Virus record (IMG/VR): IMGVR_UViG_3300037424_000401
Span: 1-36,171 of that record
Source of the DNA: a virus
Lineage: Duplodnaviria > Caudoviricetes
Length of the DNA: 36,171 bases
Direction: 5' to 3' (one strand)
Part shown: positions 9,906 through 20,100 of the stretch, one piece after another
How the letters are laid out: each line of letters begins with the position of its first letter
Numbering within the stretch: the first letter of the stretch is position 1
Made by a program: the position numbers and the translations under genes
Notes under the pieces: model-generated
Seen by the model: only the letters and a program-made list of their open reading frames with translations
What the model was told of the DNA's origin: nothing
The model's database searches: none

Positions 9906-10613
9906 TTACTGCCCAAGCTTTGTTCTTTCCTGGCTCCAGACATCGTCAAGTGGGCCACTTTTCCAGTCCTTAAACCACGGACCACCAAGTGTGTAGTGGA
10001 GAATCTTTGGAACCACAGGAGAATCAGGAGTTACGCCAACAAGATGATTCCATTCCTGCGGAAGGCTTCCTATCTCCTCATCCTTGAGCCATTTGAAAGC
10101 ATGTAGGTCTCGGCCCGGCCATGTGTTTAACGCTTCCAACGTAAGCGCCCTGTTGGACGGATGGGCAAGATTCCAAAGAACAACACTGCTCCAGTTCTTG
10201 CGTGAGTAATACGTCTGAACCTGTCCATCCATCTTGGTGTCTGAGCCACTCTCTTGATTGTGCTTCACCACCATCACGGCGTAATTACTGTCCGCCAGAG
10301 CAAACAGCTCAGAGATGTCTGCAAGACAAATTATGTCGCAATCAACGAACAGTGCCCATCCCTTGTTCTGGATTAGCGGAATACAGAACCTTGAAATGGC
10401 AAACTCTGTGGCCATTGGAGCCTCAGATATAGGGCACCAAAGCTTTCCATCCCTGTTCTCAATCGGCCTTGTTAATACATCTCCAAGATTTTTAAGCTCC
10501 AAAGGAACGATATGAACCAGCCGTGGATCGGTCCTGGTTAATATCGAATGCCTGGCTACATCGTAAGCAAGGTGCTCGCGAGGATCGTATCCTATGTAGA
10601 TTTTGTATTTCAT
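9906..10613 (-). CDS. GT8-like glycosyltransferase (phage type)
   Basis: Motifs IYIGYDPRE, TEFAISRF, ALFVDCD (DxD), RKNWSSV, LPQEWNHLV and HYTLGGPWF. Confidence 0.85.
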   Translation of the reverse strand: MKYKIYIGYDPREHLAYDVARHSILTRTDPRLVHIVPLELKNLGDVLTRPIENRDGKLWCPISEAPMATEFAISRFCIPLIQNKGWALFVDCDIICLADISELFALADSNYAVMVVKHNQESGSDTKMDGQVQTYYSRKNWSSVVLWNLAHPSNRALTLEALNTWPGRDLHAFKWLKDEEIGSLPQEWNHLVGVTPDSPVVPKILHYTLGGPWFKDWKSGPLDDVWSQERTKLGQ

Positions 10614-10894
10614 ACGTCTGGCGTTCCAGTAACGGTTCCAGCCGCAAGCTTTCCGTCAGTGGCAAGACGTTCCAGAATTCTCTTGTGCAGCGAATTCGTA
10701 GAAAGATTCATTGTGTTAAGTTGGTTCATCAGCACGAGTGCAGTGTTACCTTCGTAACCGGCAACGATGTAAACGTTATTGGAGGTGTTACGTAGATGGA
10801 CCTTGATCTTATGGAGGTCCCAATCCAAGACGAGTTTGAAAACCCTATAGCCTGAAATTGATGGAGGGGTTGTAAATGTCAGTTCTTCTGCCAT
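10610..10894 (-). CDS. Hypothetical phage protein (94 aa)
   Basis: ATG 1 nt after the upstream stop; ATGA overlap with the GT8-like gene. Confidence 0.75.
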   Translation of the reverse strand: MAEELTFTTPPSISGYRVFKLVLDWDLHKIKVHLRNTSNNVYIVAGYEGNTALVLMNQLNTMNLSTNSLHKRILERLATDGKLAAGTVTGTPDV

Positions 10895-10895
10895 A

Positions 10896-12263
10896 TCATT
10901 GCTTTCCTGCTAGAATAGCCATGTTCCTGGTTGGCTTTGTTGTTGTTATTGGCTTTGGAGATACTATGCAATAAAGCAATGGACCACTTTCCATGACTGA
11001 CTTCTTGGCCAGCACGAAGAACTTCTTAAGCTTCATCGTCCACCAGTCCTTGTTCTGCTGAATGAGATGGGAGTTTCTGCCATCGGCGAGCGTCTTTGAT
11101 GAAGGCCCGGTATGGATCACGAAGTAACCGATCTGCTTGGTGCATCGCCGTAGATCATCAAGGACGAAATGAAGTTTCTCCGGTTCGATGTGCTCAAGGA
11201 CATCAGTGCAAACCACCAGATCGGCTGGTCTTGGCGATTCGCTTTTCTCGGGCACAGCTGGATCATACTCCCAGATTGGAAACGGTATTGCCTTGGCCAG
11301 ATAACCCTTTCCGGAACCATAATCCAGAATCGAATGAGTCTTCAGGCTTTCCGCCAGCTTCAACACTGTTGGGGCATGCTTTCCTCCACCCACGCCATAC
11401 GCCAAGTTATCCTTGTGAAGCTTACGGTTCAGTTCGCAGTAATCGGCAGAGATGGTTTCAGGCTTTGATATACCGATGAAGATGCTGCCCTTAACATGCT
11501 CAGGTACGTAGCTCTTGGCCAGCTCCTGAACAAGCCCTTCGCCATAGAACTTGGTTTTACAGTCCTTGAGCTGGTTCAACTCATGGAACGTCTGCTTGGC
11601 GCACGTCATCATTGATACCGTAGTCCTGAACTGGATTCCGTTGATCTCAACGATGGAATGATCTTTGGGCTGGTTTGGATGCTCGGCAGCGTGCTTGCCG
11701 GTGGCACCCTCGCAGCCGTCCATTCCGAATATGTGAAGGTCAGTGAACCCAAAGAAACGGGCCATCGTCATCGCCCTCAATCCCACTGAGCTTCCACCCG
11801 TAATCGCCCAGTCACCTTTCGGAAGCATTCGGAAAGCATCATCAGCGTTATCGAATACGTGCCAAAGCTTGACGTTGAATCCTTCAAGGTGATCGAAGAC
11901 TTTTGGATGGCAGGTGGATGCGATGAGATACTCAACATCCTTGTGCGGTGTTCCTATTAGTTGAACCTTGTGCGCTCTTGGATCGACTTCTACGTGCCAG
12001 GTCGGAACTATGCCTCGTTCCAGTAGAAACTTGTGACTTCCGGAACAGGTGAATATGTATTTGAAGTCCTTAACCTTCTCCCAAGTATCGGCCAAGCTTG
12101 GACCGAAACACACCACCGCCACAGGTTCAGGCCGCAGAACATCCTCGTAGATGATTCGTTTGTCCGTGCGGGCGATGGCTAGCTTGATCTGCTCATCACG
12201 CAGCCAGAGATCGATGCAGTAACGAACGTCATACTTTTTGTCGATGTCCAGGATGCCTTTCAT
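10896..12263 (-). CDS. DUF115/Maf (MptE-like) domain fused to a class I SAM methyltransferase
   Basis: N-half VAVVCFGPSL...PTWHVEVDPR...GGSSVG...LHIFGMD (DUF115/Maf-like); C-half ILDYGSGKG and ADLVVCTDVLEHIEPE (class I SAM MTase). Confidence 0.8.
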   Translation of the reverse strand: MKGILDIDKKYDVRYCIDLWLRDEQIKLAIARTDKRIIYEDVLRPEPVAVVCFGPSLADTWEKVKDFKYIFTCSGSHKFLLERGIVPTWHVEVDPRAHKVQLIGTPHKDVEYLIASTCHPKVFDHLEGFNVKLWHVFDNADDAFRMLPKGDWAITGGSSVGLRAMTMARFFGFTDLHIFGMDGCEGATGKHAAEHPNQPKDHSIVEINGIQFRTTVSMMTCAKQTFHELNQLKDCKTKFYGEGLVQELAKSYVPEHVKGSIFIGISKPETISADYCELNRKLHKDNLAYGVGGGKHAPTVLKLAESLKTHSILDYGSGKGYLAKAIPFPIWEYDPAVPEKSESPRPADLVVCTDVLEHIEPEKLHFVLDDLRRCTKQIGYFVIHTGPSSKTLADGRNSHLIQQNKDWWTMKLKKFFVLAKKSVMESGPLLYCIVSPKPITTTKPTRNMAILAGKQ

Positions 12264-12265
12264 GA

Positions 12266-15200
12266 TCAGCCGATCTTTACCAGCCTGATATACGTACCAG
12301 GCATGATGTTCATGTGCCCACCAACGCTGGCTTTAGCATTCAGGTTAAGGACACCTTTCAAATCTCCTCCAATAATTGCCCCATTAACCATTATTGGAAT
12401 GGTATTTCCTTGAGGCGTCAGAATGGAAAAAGTAGCGCACTGAGCACCAGGGATCACATTCCAAGTGTAGAATATAGGGCTGGAAATTACAGATGCATTT
12501 GCATTCCTTCCAAGATTGGTTCCTACCAGTGCAAATCCTCCACCAGTACAAGTCGCGCTAAGAATTTGTAGTTGGAATCCGCAGTTAGCTGCCGCAACGC
12601 TGGTGGAATATAAAATTTGAGCATCAAGTATGTAATGAGCATTTACCGAAATCGAAAGTGAAAATCCAGTCACTACTCCGTAACCAGCAGCAGACGTTGT
12701 TGCAGTCTGAGCATTCCCAATTCTTACCACCCTGGTCAGTGCCAACTGAGCGCTGAGAGCACTGGCAGCTTGAGCAGATACCTCAGATAATTCAGTACTG
12801 GTAACACTGCCCCCTCCTCCACCAGCAGCTGAAATGCGATTCGATAAAGCATCAACGATACTTTGAAGACCATGAATCGAGGCAGCCGCAGTGTTCCTAG
12901 CTGAATAACTATTAAGCGTCACCGACAGCTCGTTACTGGTCACGCTGACGCCACCACCACCGGCAGAAATTATGTTTGAGACAACGTTGGACAGGGCGTT
13001 GTGGGCGCTTGTCAGATTGCTGACCAGACTGGAAACGATGGAAACCTGATTGGATACGATGCTTGCAGCATTGCTCGCGGCGTTGGCCACAGACAGGGCA
13101 TTCGATGCGGCGGTGGATACAATGGATGCGGCGTTCGATGCGGCATTAGCCACGGAAAGAGCGTTACTGGCCGCATTGCTTACCGTATTGACATGGGCAT
13201 CCACACTGGTCACCGCCCCTGACACTGCCGATATGGTATTGGATAGGGCGTTTATGACGCTCTGCAAACCATGCGTGGACGCTCCGATTGATCTAGCGGA
13301 GATCCCAGATAGGAACGTGTTAACAGAGTCCACTCTTCCGTTAACAGACGTGGCGGCAGCGGAAGCGATCTGCACCAAGGAAGCAAGCTCAGCACTCACT
13401 GAAACAACTCTGGCGCTAACGACGTTAATAGCCGAAGCGGCTTGGGCGGAAATTGCTGAGGCTTCAGTACTGGTTACGCTTCCAGCACCACCGGTTCCGC
13501 TAGCAGCAGAGATTCTGTTTGATAGAGCCTGTAAAACAGAATTCAATCCACGAACAGAAACTCCACCAACAGCTAAAACTGTAATGTCATGTAATGAATT
13601 TATACGGCCATTAACAGACGTTGCAGCCGCTGAAGCTATCTGCACCAAGGAAGCAAGTTCGGCACTAACAGATACTACCCTTGCTGAAACAGTGTTGGCA
13701 TGACCATCAGCAGACGTGGCAGCAGCGGATGCAATCTGAATCAACGACACCAATTCAGCACTCACTGAAACAACCCTAGCAGAAACCACCGAAGCGGCAT
13801 TGCTTGCGGCATTTGCAATGGCTAAAGCGGATGCAATAACCGATGTCTGATCGTCCATCCCGTCAATCATCAAGAGAAGTTCAGTTGGAGATAGCGCCAC
13901 TCCAACTAGCCTGGACTTGCCTGCTAAGTTTGGAGTATTTCCAACCAATGTTCCTGGAACAGGTCCAAGATAATAATTAAAACCAGGAACAAGACCACCA
14001 ACATCTCCAGTAGCATGATCCCATTCTGCGGTGGTTCTTTCTATCCTTCCACCTATCTGAATTCTTCCAACTGCTGATATAGCTATGGCTGTGTCAGCAA
14101 CAACGCCAATCACCATTCGCTCAGCACTTGTTCCAGTAGCTGATGTTATAGCCTTCTTGAACGTGTTAGCAGATGTGAAGGCATAGACTGGACTTCCAGC
14201 AGAAGCAGCAGACGCACCTACATTCTGCAAAGAAATAAAATGGCCGGTGGCGCTTAGGATTGAATGAGCAGCAGACAGAACTGAAACCTGCTGTGAAATT
14301 ACATTGATGGCTGAATTGGCCTGAGCTGATACAGCGGAAAGCTCATCTGAAGTAACGCTTCCGGTTCCTCCAACCACTGCCGAGATGCGGTTAGACAATG
14401 CATCGATGACGCTTTGAAAACCATGAGTGGAGACATTGCCAACGGATCTGGCTGAGATTCCTGAAACGAACGTGTTAACTGAATTAACTCTGGCGTTAAC
14501 CACGCTGATTGCAGATGCGGCTTGAGCCGAAACAATTGACACCTCATCAGAGGTAACACTGCCGGTTCCTCCGACTACAGCAGAAATGCGATTGGATAGC
14601 GCATTGATCACACTTTGTAATCCATGGGTGGAAATGTTTCCAACTGATCTGGCGGATATTCCAGAGATGAAAGCATTAACAGATGCAACCTGAGAAATGG
14701 TGTTGGATAGGAGCGTTGAGACGACGTTGACGGCACTCGTCCGGTTGGAAATCTCATCTGACACCCTGGCGTCCACAGATGTCACCGCCAGACTCAGAAG
14801 CAGGATGGCGCTTGCACGGTTGGAGATTTCATTGGATACGCGGGCATCCACTGAAATGACTGCCGCACTGAGCGCATTCGCAGATGCAGCCCTGATGCTC
14901 GCTTCAATTGATACAGCATTGCTAACGATGTTGATAGCTGAATTGGCTTGAGCAGATACAGCAGACAATTCTGTAGATGTTACGCTTCCAGATCCGGCTG
15001 CAACTATTCGACCTGAAAGAGCATTAACGACTGATTGAAGTCCATGTGTAGAAACATTCCCGACTGACCTTGAAGAAATTCCAGATAGGAATGTGTTTAT
15101 CGAAGCGAACCTTCCTATGAAAATAGAATCCGCTTGCCTACGGCCTGAAATTTGACTCGAAAGCCCGTCAATAGCACTCTGCAATCCTTTTACAGAAACC

Positions 15201-16081
15201 ACCGCAGCATCGTCGTTTCTAGCAGAAACTAATGATAAAAAATTTACAACAGAAGTGACCCTTGCATCAACAGACGTTGCGGCAGCGGATGCGGTATTGG
15301 CATGTCCATCTGCGCTGGTCGCAGCAGCAGATGCAATCTGAACTAATGAAGCCAACTCAGCACTGACGGATACGACTCTTGCTGAAACCGTATTCGCATG
15401 AGCATCAGCTGAGGTAGCTGCTGCGGAAGCCGTGTTTGCATGAGTATCGGCACTGGTCCCAGCTGCTGAGGTGGTGGAAATTCTATCAGACAGAGCTTGT
15501 AGAACTGAATCAACTCCTCGAACTGATAGCCCAGCAACATTACGAACCGACAGCAAGTGAAGTGAATTTACCCTTCCATCAACAGATGTGGCGGCAGCTG
15601 ACGCAGTCTGAACCGACGCAGCTCTGGCGCTGATTTCGTTTGAGAGAACATTGGAGACAACGGAGATAGCATTAGACAAGGCAAGGTCTGCGCTGGCCCT
15701 AACTGACGCTTCATTGGATACAGCATTGGAAACGACGTTGATTGCCGATGCCGCTTGTGCAGAGATCGCTGAGGCTTCAGTACTGGTAACACTCCCACCA
15801 CCTACTCCGCTGTTTGCACTTACCCTATTGCTGAGAACATTGTGAGAAGAAATTAAATCAGACAGCGTGTTGCTAACTACAGAGATGTTCTGAGCAACGA
15901 TGGAGATGGCATTGGATAGACCACCATCGAAGTAAGGCAGCTGAACCCAAGTAGAGAGTCCACTCCCAATCTTGTACTTGCCAGTATCAAGCTCATAACC
16001 AAGCTCGCCTTGAGCAAGGGTTGGATTAACCGATGTCCATTGAGCAGCTTGGTCGCGACGTAATTGTATCTGTACCGCCAT
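12266..16081 (-). CDS. Long fibre protein with Mtd_N/hyaluronidase-type N-terminal anchor and Ser/Ala/Val-rich repetitive shaft
   Basis: N-terminus QIQLRRD..AQWTSVNPTLAQGELGYELDTGKYKIGSG..W..LPY is the Mtd_N-type motif. Internal globular insert (AGSPVY...IGVV...GLVPGFNYYLG...VGVALSPTELL) and a distinct C-terminal domain. Confidence 0.8.
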   Translation of the reverse strand: MAVQIQLRRDQAAQWTSVNPTLAQGELGYELDTGKYKIGSGLSTWVQLPYFDGGLSNAISIVAQNISVVSNTLSDLISSHNVLSNRVSANSGVGGGSVTSTEASAISAQAASAINVVSNAVSNEASVRASADLALSNAISVVSNVLSNEISARAASVQTASAAATSVDGRVNSLHLLSVRNVAGLSVRGVDSVLQALSDRISTTSAAGTSADTHANTASAAATSADAHANTVSARVVSVSAELASLVQIASAAATSADGHANTASAAATSVDARVTSVVNFLSLVSARNDDAAVVSVKGLQSAIDGLSSQISGRRQADSIFIGRFASINTFLSGISSRSVGNVSTHGLQSVVNALSGRIVAAGSGSVTSTELSAVSAQANSAINIVSNAVSIEASIRAASANALSAAVISVDARVSNEISNRASAILLLSLAVTSVDARVSDEISNRTSAVNVVSTLLSNTISQVASVNAFISGISARSVGNISTHGLQSVINALSNRISAVVGGTGSVTSDEVSIVSAQAASAISVVNARVNSVNTFVSGISARSVGNVSTHGFQSVIDALSNRISAVVGGTGSVTSDELSAVSAQANSAINVISQQVSVLSAAHSILSATGHFISLQNVGASAASAGSPVYAFTSANTFKKAITSATGTSAERMVIGVVADTAIAISAVGRIQIGGRIERTTAEWDHATGDVGGLVPGFNYYLGPVPGTLVGNTPNLAGKSRLVGVALSPTELLLMIDGMDDQTSVIASALAIANAASNAASVVSARVVSVSAELVSLIQIASAAATSADGHANTVSARVVSVSAELASLVQIASAAATSVNGRINSLHDITVLAVGGVSVRGLNSVLQALSNRISAASGTGGAGSVTSTEASAISAQAASAINVVSARVVSVSAELASLVQIASAAATSVNGRVDSVNTFLSGISARSIGASTHGLQSVINALSNTISAVSGAVTSVDAHVNTVSNAASNALSVANAASNAASIVSTAASNALSVANAASNAASIVSNQVSIVSSLVSNLTSAHNALSNVVSNIISAGGGGVSVTSNELSVTLNSYSARNTAAASIHGLQSIVDALSNRISAAGGGGGSVTSTELSEVSAQAASALSAQLALTRVVRIGNAQTATTSAAGYGVVTGFSLSISVNAHYILDAQILYSTSVAAANCGFQLQILSATCTGGGFALVGTNLGRNANASVISSPIFYTWNVIPGAQCATFSILTPQGNTIPIMVNGAIIGGDLKGVLNLNAKASVGGHMNIMPGTYIRLVKIG
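12750..15800 (-). repeat. Interspersed protein-level repeats in the fibre shaft
   Basis: About 7 copies of GxSVTSxExSxxSAQAxSA, about 8 of SxxGLQSVxxALSxRIS and 4 of VSARVVSVSAELxSLxQIASAAATS. DNA copies (e.g. near 13341 and 13611) differ mainly at synonymous positions. Confidence 0.85.
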
Positions 16082-16329
16082 TATGCACCACCGCCATCTA
16101 GTGGAGTAGTTCCACCATAAATACTGTCAGCATGCCCTCCGTCAACGTTTCCAAAAACGGCATCAGCACCCGCTGGACCTGGGGGTCCTGTTAAACCAGT
16201 GGAACCGGCTGGGCCTGGTGGCCCTCTCTGACCAACGCCACCAGATCCACCACCACTCACAGTGACGCCAGAAGACACAGCACCACGAGGGTTGATCTGT
16301 CTCCTCATGTTGGCATCTTTTTGACTCAT
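16081..16329 (-). CDS. Short collagen-like (Gly-X-Y) virion accessory protein
   Basis: GQRGPPGPAGSTGLTGPPGPAG followed by VDGG...LDGGGA; ATGA and TAATG overlaps with both neighbours. Confidence 0.75.
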   Translation of the reverse strand: MSQKDANMRRQINPRGAVSSGVTVSGGGSGGVGQRGPPGPAGSTGLTGPPGPAGADAVFGNVDGGHADSIYGGTTPLDGGGA

Positions 16330-16553
16330 GGAAGCGGCGTCACCGGATTCGTGGTTGACGATTCATACCTTAACACGAACCTATGCAGGGATTGTATATC
16401 TCTTTCCCGCATTATTTTAAGCTGCTCAAACCAGGCCCTTGCCCCAGGAAGCTTAAGGAATTCCGCAGGCGGCTCCGGCAGCGGTGCCCAATGAAACTCG
16501 ATAACCTGGTCTGTCCGCAGGCTTAACCGAGACAATGTTCTTACGTCGCCCAT
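16326..16553 (-). CDS. Hypothetical protein (75 aa) in tail module
   Basis: TAATG and ATGA coupling with both neighbours. Confidence 0.7.
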   Translation of the reverse strand: MGDVRTLSRLSLRTDQVIEFHWAPLPEPPAEFLKLPGARAWFEQLKIMRERDIQSLHRFVLRYESSTTNPVTPLP

Positions 16554-17149
16554 TATGGATTATCTGCCTGACCCCAGCCTTTGATCTGTTTGTGCAATCC
16601 GGAGAATGTTCCCCCACCACCGATTCCGGTAACTCTGAATCTGGTTGAGAGATACATTCCACGCCTCCATGTAGGAAAGGTAAACATGCCGTCAGGCCTG
16701 GTCTTCTGAGTTTCGTGTTGTGCGGCTGTCTTCTCACTCTGGCATTCAAAATCAAGAACTCTGGTGCTGACCCATGTCATGCAAGATGGCTGAGAACCGT
16801 AAGCTACGTCAGCTTCAATTGGGCTTGGTGTGCTTTGAGGCAGCGGCTCAGCTTCTACCTGAACCCGCTTAATCATCTTCTCATCTCCGGAACGATAGGC
16901 TTCAGAGCCTTCCTGGAACACGGTGTCGTATCCGTCGTGAACATAACATGACTGATCGCAGGCATACGGAAACTCGGGATTACAATTAGAGCAGCAAAAT
17001 TCCACAGTAACTCCGCACATGGAATCGTCACTTACCATTCCAGAAAGTTGTCCGGTTGACAAAAATCGAACCCTCCCACCTGCTTTGTCGATTTCATAAT
17101 CAACGCCCTCAATTAGAATATCTCCACTAGGTGTACAAAATGAAGCCAT
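16553..17149 (-). CDS. Cys-rich tail protein; probable detached C-terminal part of the nozzle protein
   Basis: ATG at 17149 follows the upstream stop (TGA-T-ATG); 9 Cys in 198 aa. The ending RRGMYLSTRFRVTG resembles C-termini of P22 gp10/T7 gp12-like proteins (inference). Confidence 0.6.
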   Translation of the reverse strand: MASFCTPSGDILIEGVDYEIDKAGGRVRFLSTGQLSGMVSDDSMCGVTVEFCCSNCNPEFPYACDQSCYVHDGYDTVFQEGSEAYRSGDEKMIKRVQVEAEPLPQSTPSPIEADVAYGSQPSCMTWVSTRVLDFECQSEKTAAQHETQKTRPDGMFTFPTWRRGMYLSTRFRVTGIGGGGTFSGLHKQIKGWGQADNP

Positions 17150-17150
17150 A

Positions 17151-20100
17151 TCATAACCCCCATTTAACATTTAGATAATCTGAGACATATCCTATCTCAT
17201 CCGAAGTGAGTATCCTGCTGAACACAATCAGCTCAAATACATACCCCAAGAAATCTTCTCCAATATAATTATTCCCAAGACCAACAATTCCAATCCAATT
17301 GGTTGGAACATTTGATCCTATTAACGCTTCATCTAAATAGAAAGAGGCTCCAGCAGCGTTTTGCGTGCATGCTACCAAGTGTGGGTTTAGATCTATTGCT
17401 GGACCTATTATGAAATTTCCGTTGTACATTCTCCAAGTTCCTGAATATGGCCCTATCATCCAATTTTCTATATTGGCACCAGATTGAATTGCCCGCCTGT
17501 TTGCCACGGTATTACTGGTACTTTGAATCACTGCGATAACCGTGAATGGATTTGGAGAATTGATAGCGTATGTTGACGAGTTTACACTCAAACCCGCAAG
17601 CACCTGGAAATCCACACCAGGCAATCCATTCAATAATCCTGTTCTATAAACTGGATTAACGTCAGCAGACCCAAATCCTATCGTTGCATTGTGACCGTTT
17701 CCAGAAGAGTCAATCCAAGTAACAACATTTTGACCATCAGACAAACCCTCAATTGCATCTGCTTTAAGCCAAAGATCTGGATTCAAATCTATAAACAACC
17801 CAAAGTTCTGCGTGCAGGAATTACCAAAAACATCAACAGCTTTTACCGAAAAAGAAAAATCACCAAAGGTTGTAGGTGTTCCGGAAATAATTCCACTTTG
17901 GCTTAAGCTTAAGCCATCCGGAAGTCCTCCGGAAACCAAAACCCAATGATACGGAGCCGTTCCTCCAGTTGCAATCAATTGGTAGCTGTAAACTGTGTTA
18001 AATACGCCATCGTCAATTGACCCGCCAGTTACATTAACCACTTCGCAGTTAACACTTACTTTATCAATCTTTATCACCGTTACCGATCCGCAGTTGAATT
18101 GATCAATTGAGATCCACTCATCCAAAGATACAGTTGTATTTTCACTCCCGAAACCAAGATATTGACCGTAATAATTACCAAAATCTATTTCTCCACAGGT
18201 CTGAAACGATCTTAGCATCTCCCTGTAGTAAATATCATCCTCTAACTGCTTCAGCGTAAAGTCCTCAGCAGAGGCGGCGATGAACGTAGCCCTAACGGCA
18301 CAGTCCCTACAGAAGTCATCAAGAGTCCTGGTACCAAGAGCAGCACAAAGAGAGTCAGCATGAATAGGCAGATCTGGATCTTCAGTTGGATTGCGAAGGT
18401 ATAAAGGAGGATCGACAACAGCATCCTGATCTCCGTCACAAACATGACCATCCTTGAAGCCAACAGCTACCTGTGTTCCGCGAGCGCAAATGCCCATGTC
18501 TTCAAGCCACTCACCAACGGTTGGTCTTTCATCTTTACGGAAAGTAAGAAACGCGGTGAAGCCATGATCAACAAGATCGGCAGCACCGAACTTCATGTTC
18601 AATCTCAGCGTTACATCTGGGCAGATGTTTTCTCCAGTTGGCCAGGAAATGAATGCTTCATGTTTCTCCTCGCTCCAGCCACCTGTAACAAGATCGCAAG
18701 CCTCCTTGTTAATTGGCAGGTAAGTAGCATCATCTTCAGCTATTCCGTTGAACATGAAACCAGCTGCTCTTGTGATCCACGGAACCGTGATTGGTCTTGT
18801 ATCGAACTGGGTGAAAACGTATATGTCACTCTCACCAACATAGAGATGAAAGTCTCCGCCATTCACCAGCGAGAACTTATACTTGAGCGCATTGCCTCCG
18901 GTATAAATGCGTTCAAAGTTGAACACATCTTTACCACCAACCAGCGTAACCCTAATGATGCTCTTGTCTGTATAGAGCACTAACCAGTTACCAAGCGGAG
19001 CAGCAGCCAGAATTGTTTCTCCAACAGCAATTGTAGCCCTCCCAGCAAAGCTTGTATCTGATTCAATATATGAATTCGGATCTTCTAGATCTGACCAGAT
19101 AACGGTTCCACTCTGCCGGTCACCACCCTCTGTGATGTCATACCAAATCGCAAATCCCCTCCAGACGATGACTCCACCAGCCCTGCTGATGCCAAGAGCA
19201 TCAAGATCTGTGATTGCACTCATGGCATTAAGCGAGCAACCAGACGACTCATCCCCCAGTAGATAAATCATCGGAGGATCTATGTTATTAGTGAACAATA
19301 GATACGACCCCATGGTTGAAGACACACCACGGATTGCATTGCATGTGCATTGATCCGCTGTGTAGCCAGCGTTGCCAAGACCATCGACGAGAATCCTCCA
19401 ACTGCCGGAAGACTGATTTAGTTCGTAAACCCTACTCATCGTTGCCGCGATCAATTTGCGAGCATCCGACACCACGATCTCGTTCAGCATCGTAATGGAC
19501 TCACGACAGCCCTGCCTTAGGTGGAGATAATCCCCGCAAAAAACATAGTCATAAGCAAACGATGGATAGTAAGTGTTAAATGGATATCCATACGGATAAC
19601 CAGCAACAAGAGCCGGATCGTAAGCCACTGGGCATGACGTATATAGAGAGGAATGAAAGTAATAGAATGGAGATCCTGTATCGCAAGCTCCCTGGCTGGT
19701 GAATGGATAATCAACACCAGCCGACGAATTATACATCGCATCAAGTTCTGATTCTGTTGGGAATTCGTTCTTCCAAAACGTGACGGAGTCTATGGAACCC
19801 CTAAGTGTGGATGCTGGAGTTTCCTGGTTCCTGCCAATGACAAAATCACCGGCACCAGCAGCAAACACTCCAAATGGATAACCAGAGGTAACGGTGGTGT
19901 TTCCGTTTGTCCTGATGTTTATGGTGTTGGCAGCAGGATCATGCCAACAGGCGAAGAACACCCAATCGCCCAAATCAAGAGTCAAGTTATCTATGACAGA
20001 GTCGGTGAGCGTTGTTCCATCAAAGCTGACCGACAGCCTTAATTTTCCGCCACTGATATCAAGCCGGTATTCCCTTGCTCCAGCTCCATCCCATTTTCCT

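Noticed and set aside
13050-13703. 217-aa plus-strand ORF and similar antisense ORFs (e.g. 18444-18983, 27023-27610)
   Set aside because: Antisense shadows of strongly coding genes with no recognisable motifs.
12266-16081. Diversity-generating retroelement suggested by the Mtd_N domain
   Set aside because: No reverse transcriptase in the window and no repeat pair differing only at adenines; repeat differences are synonymous. Mtd_N is only an anchor domain.
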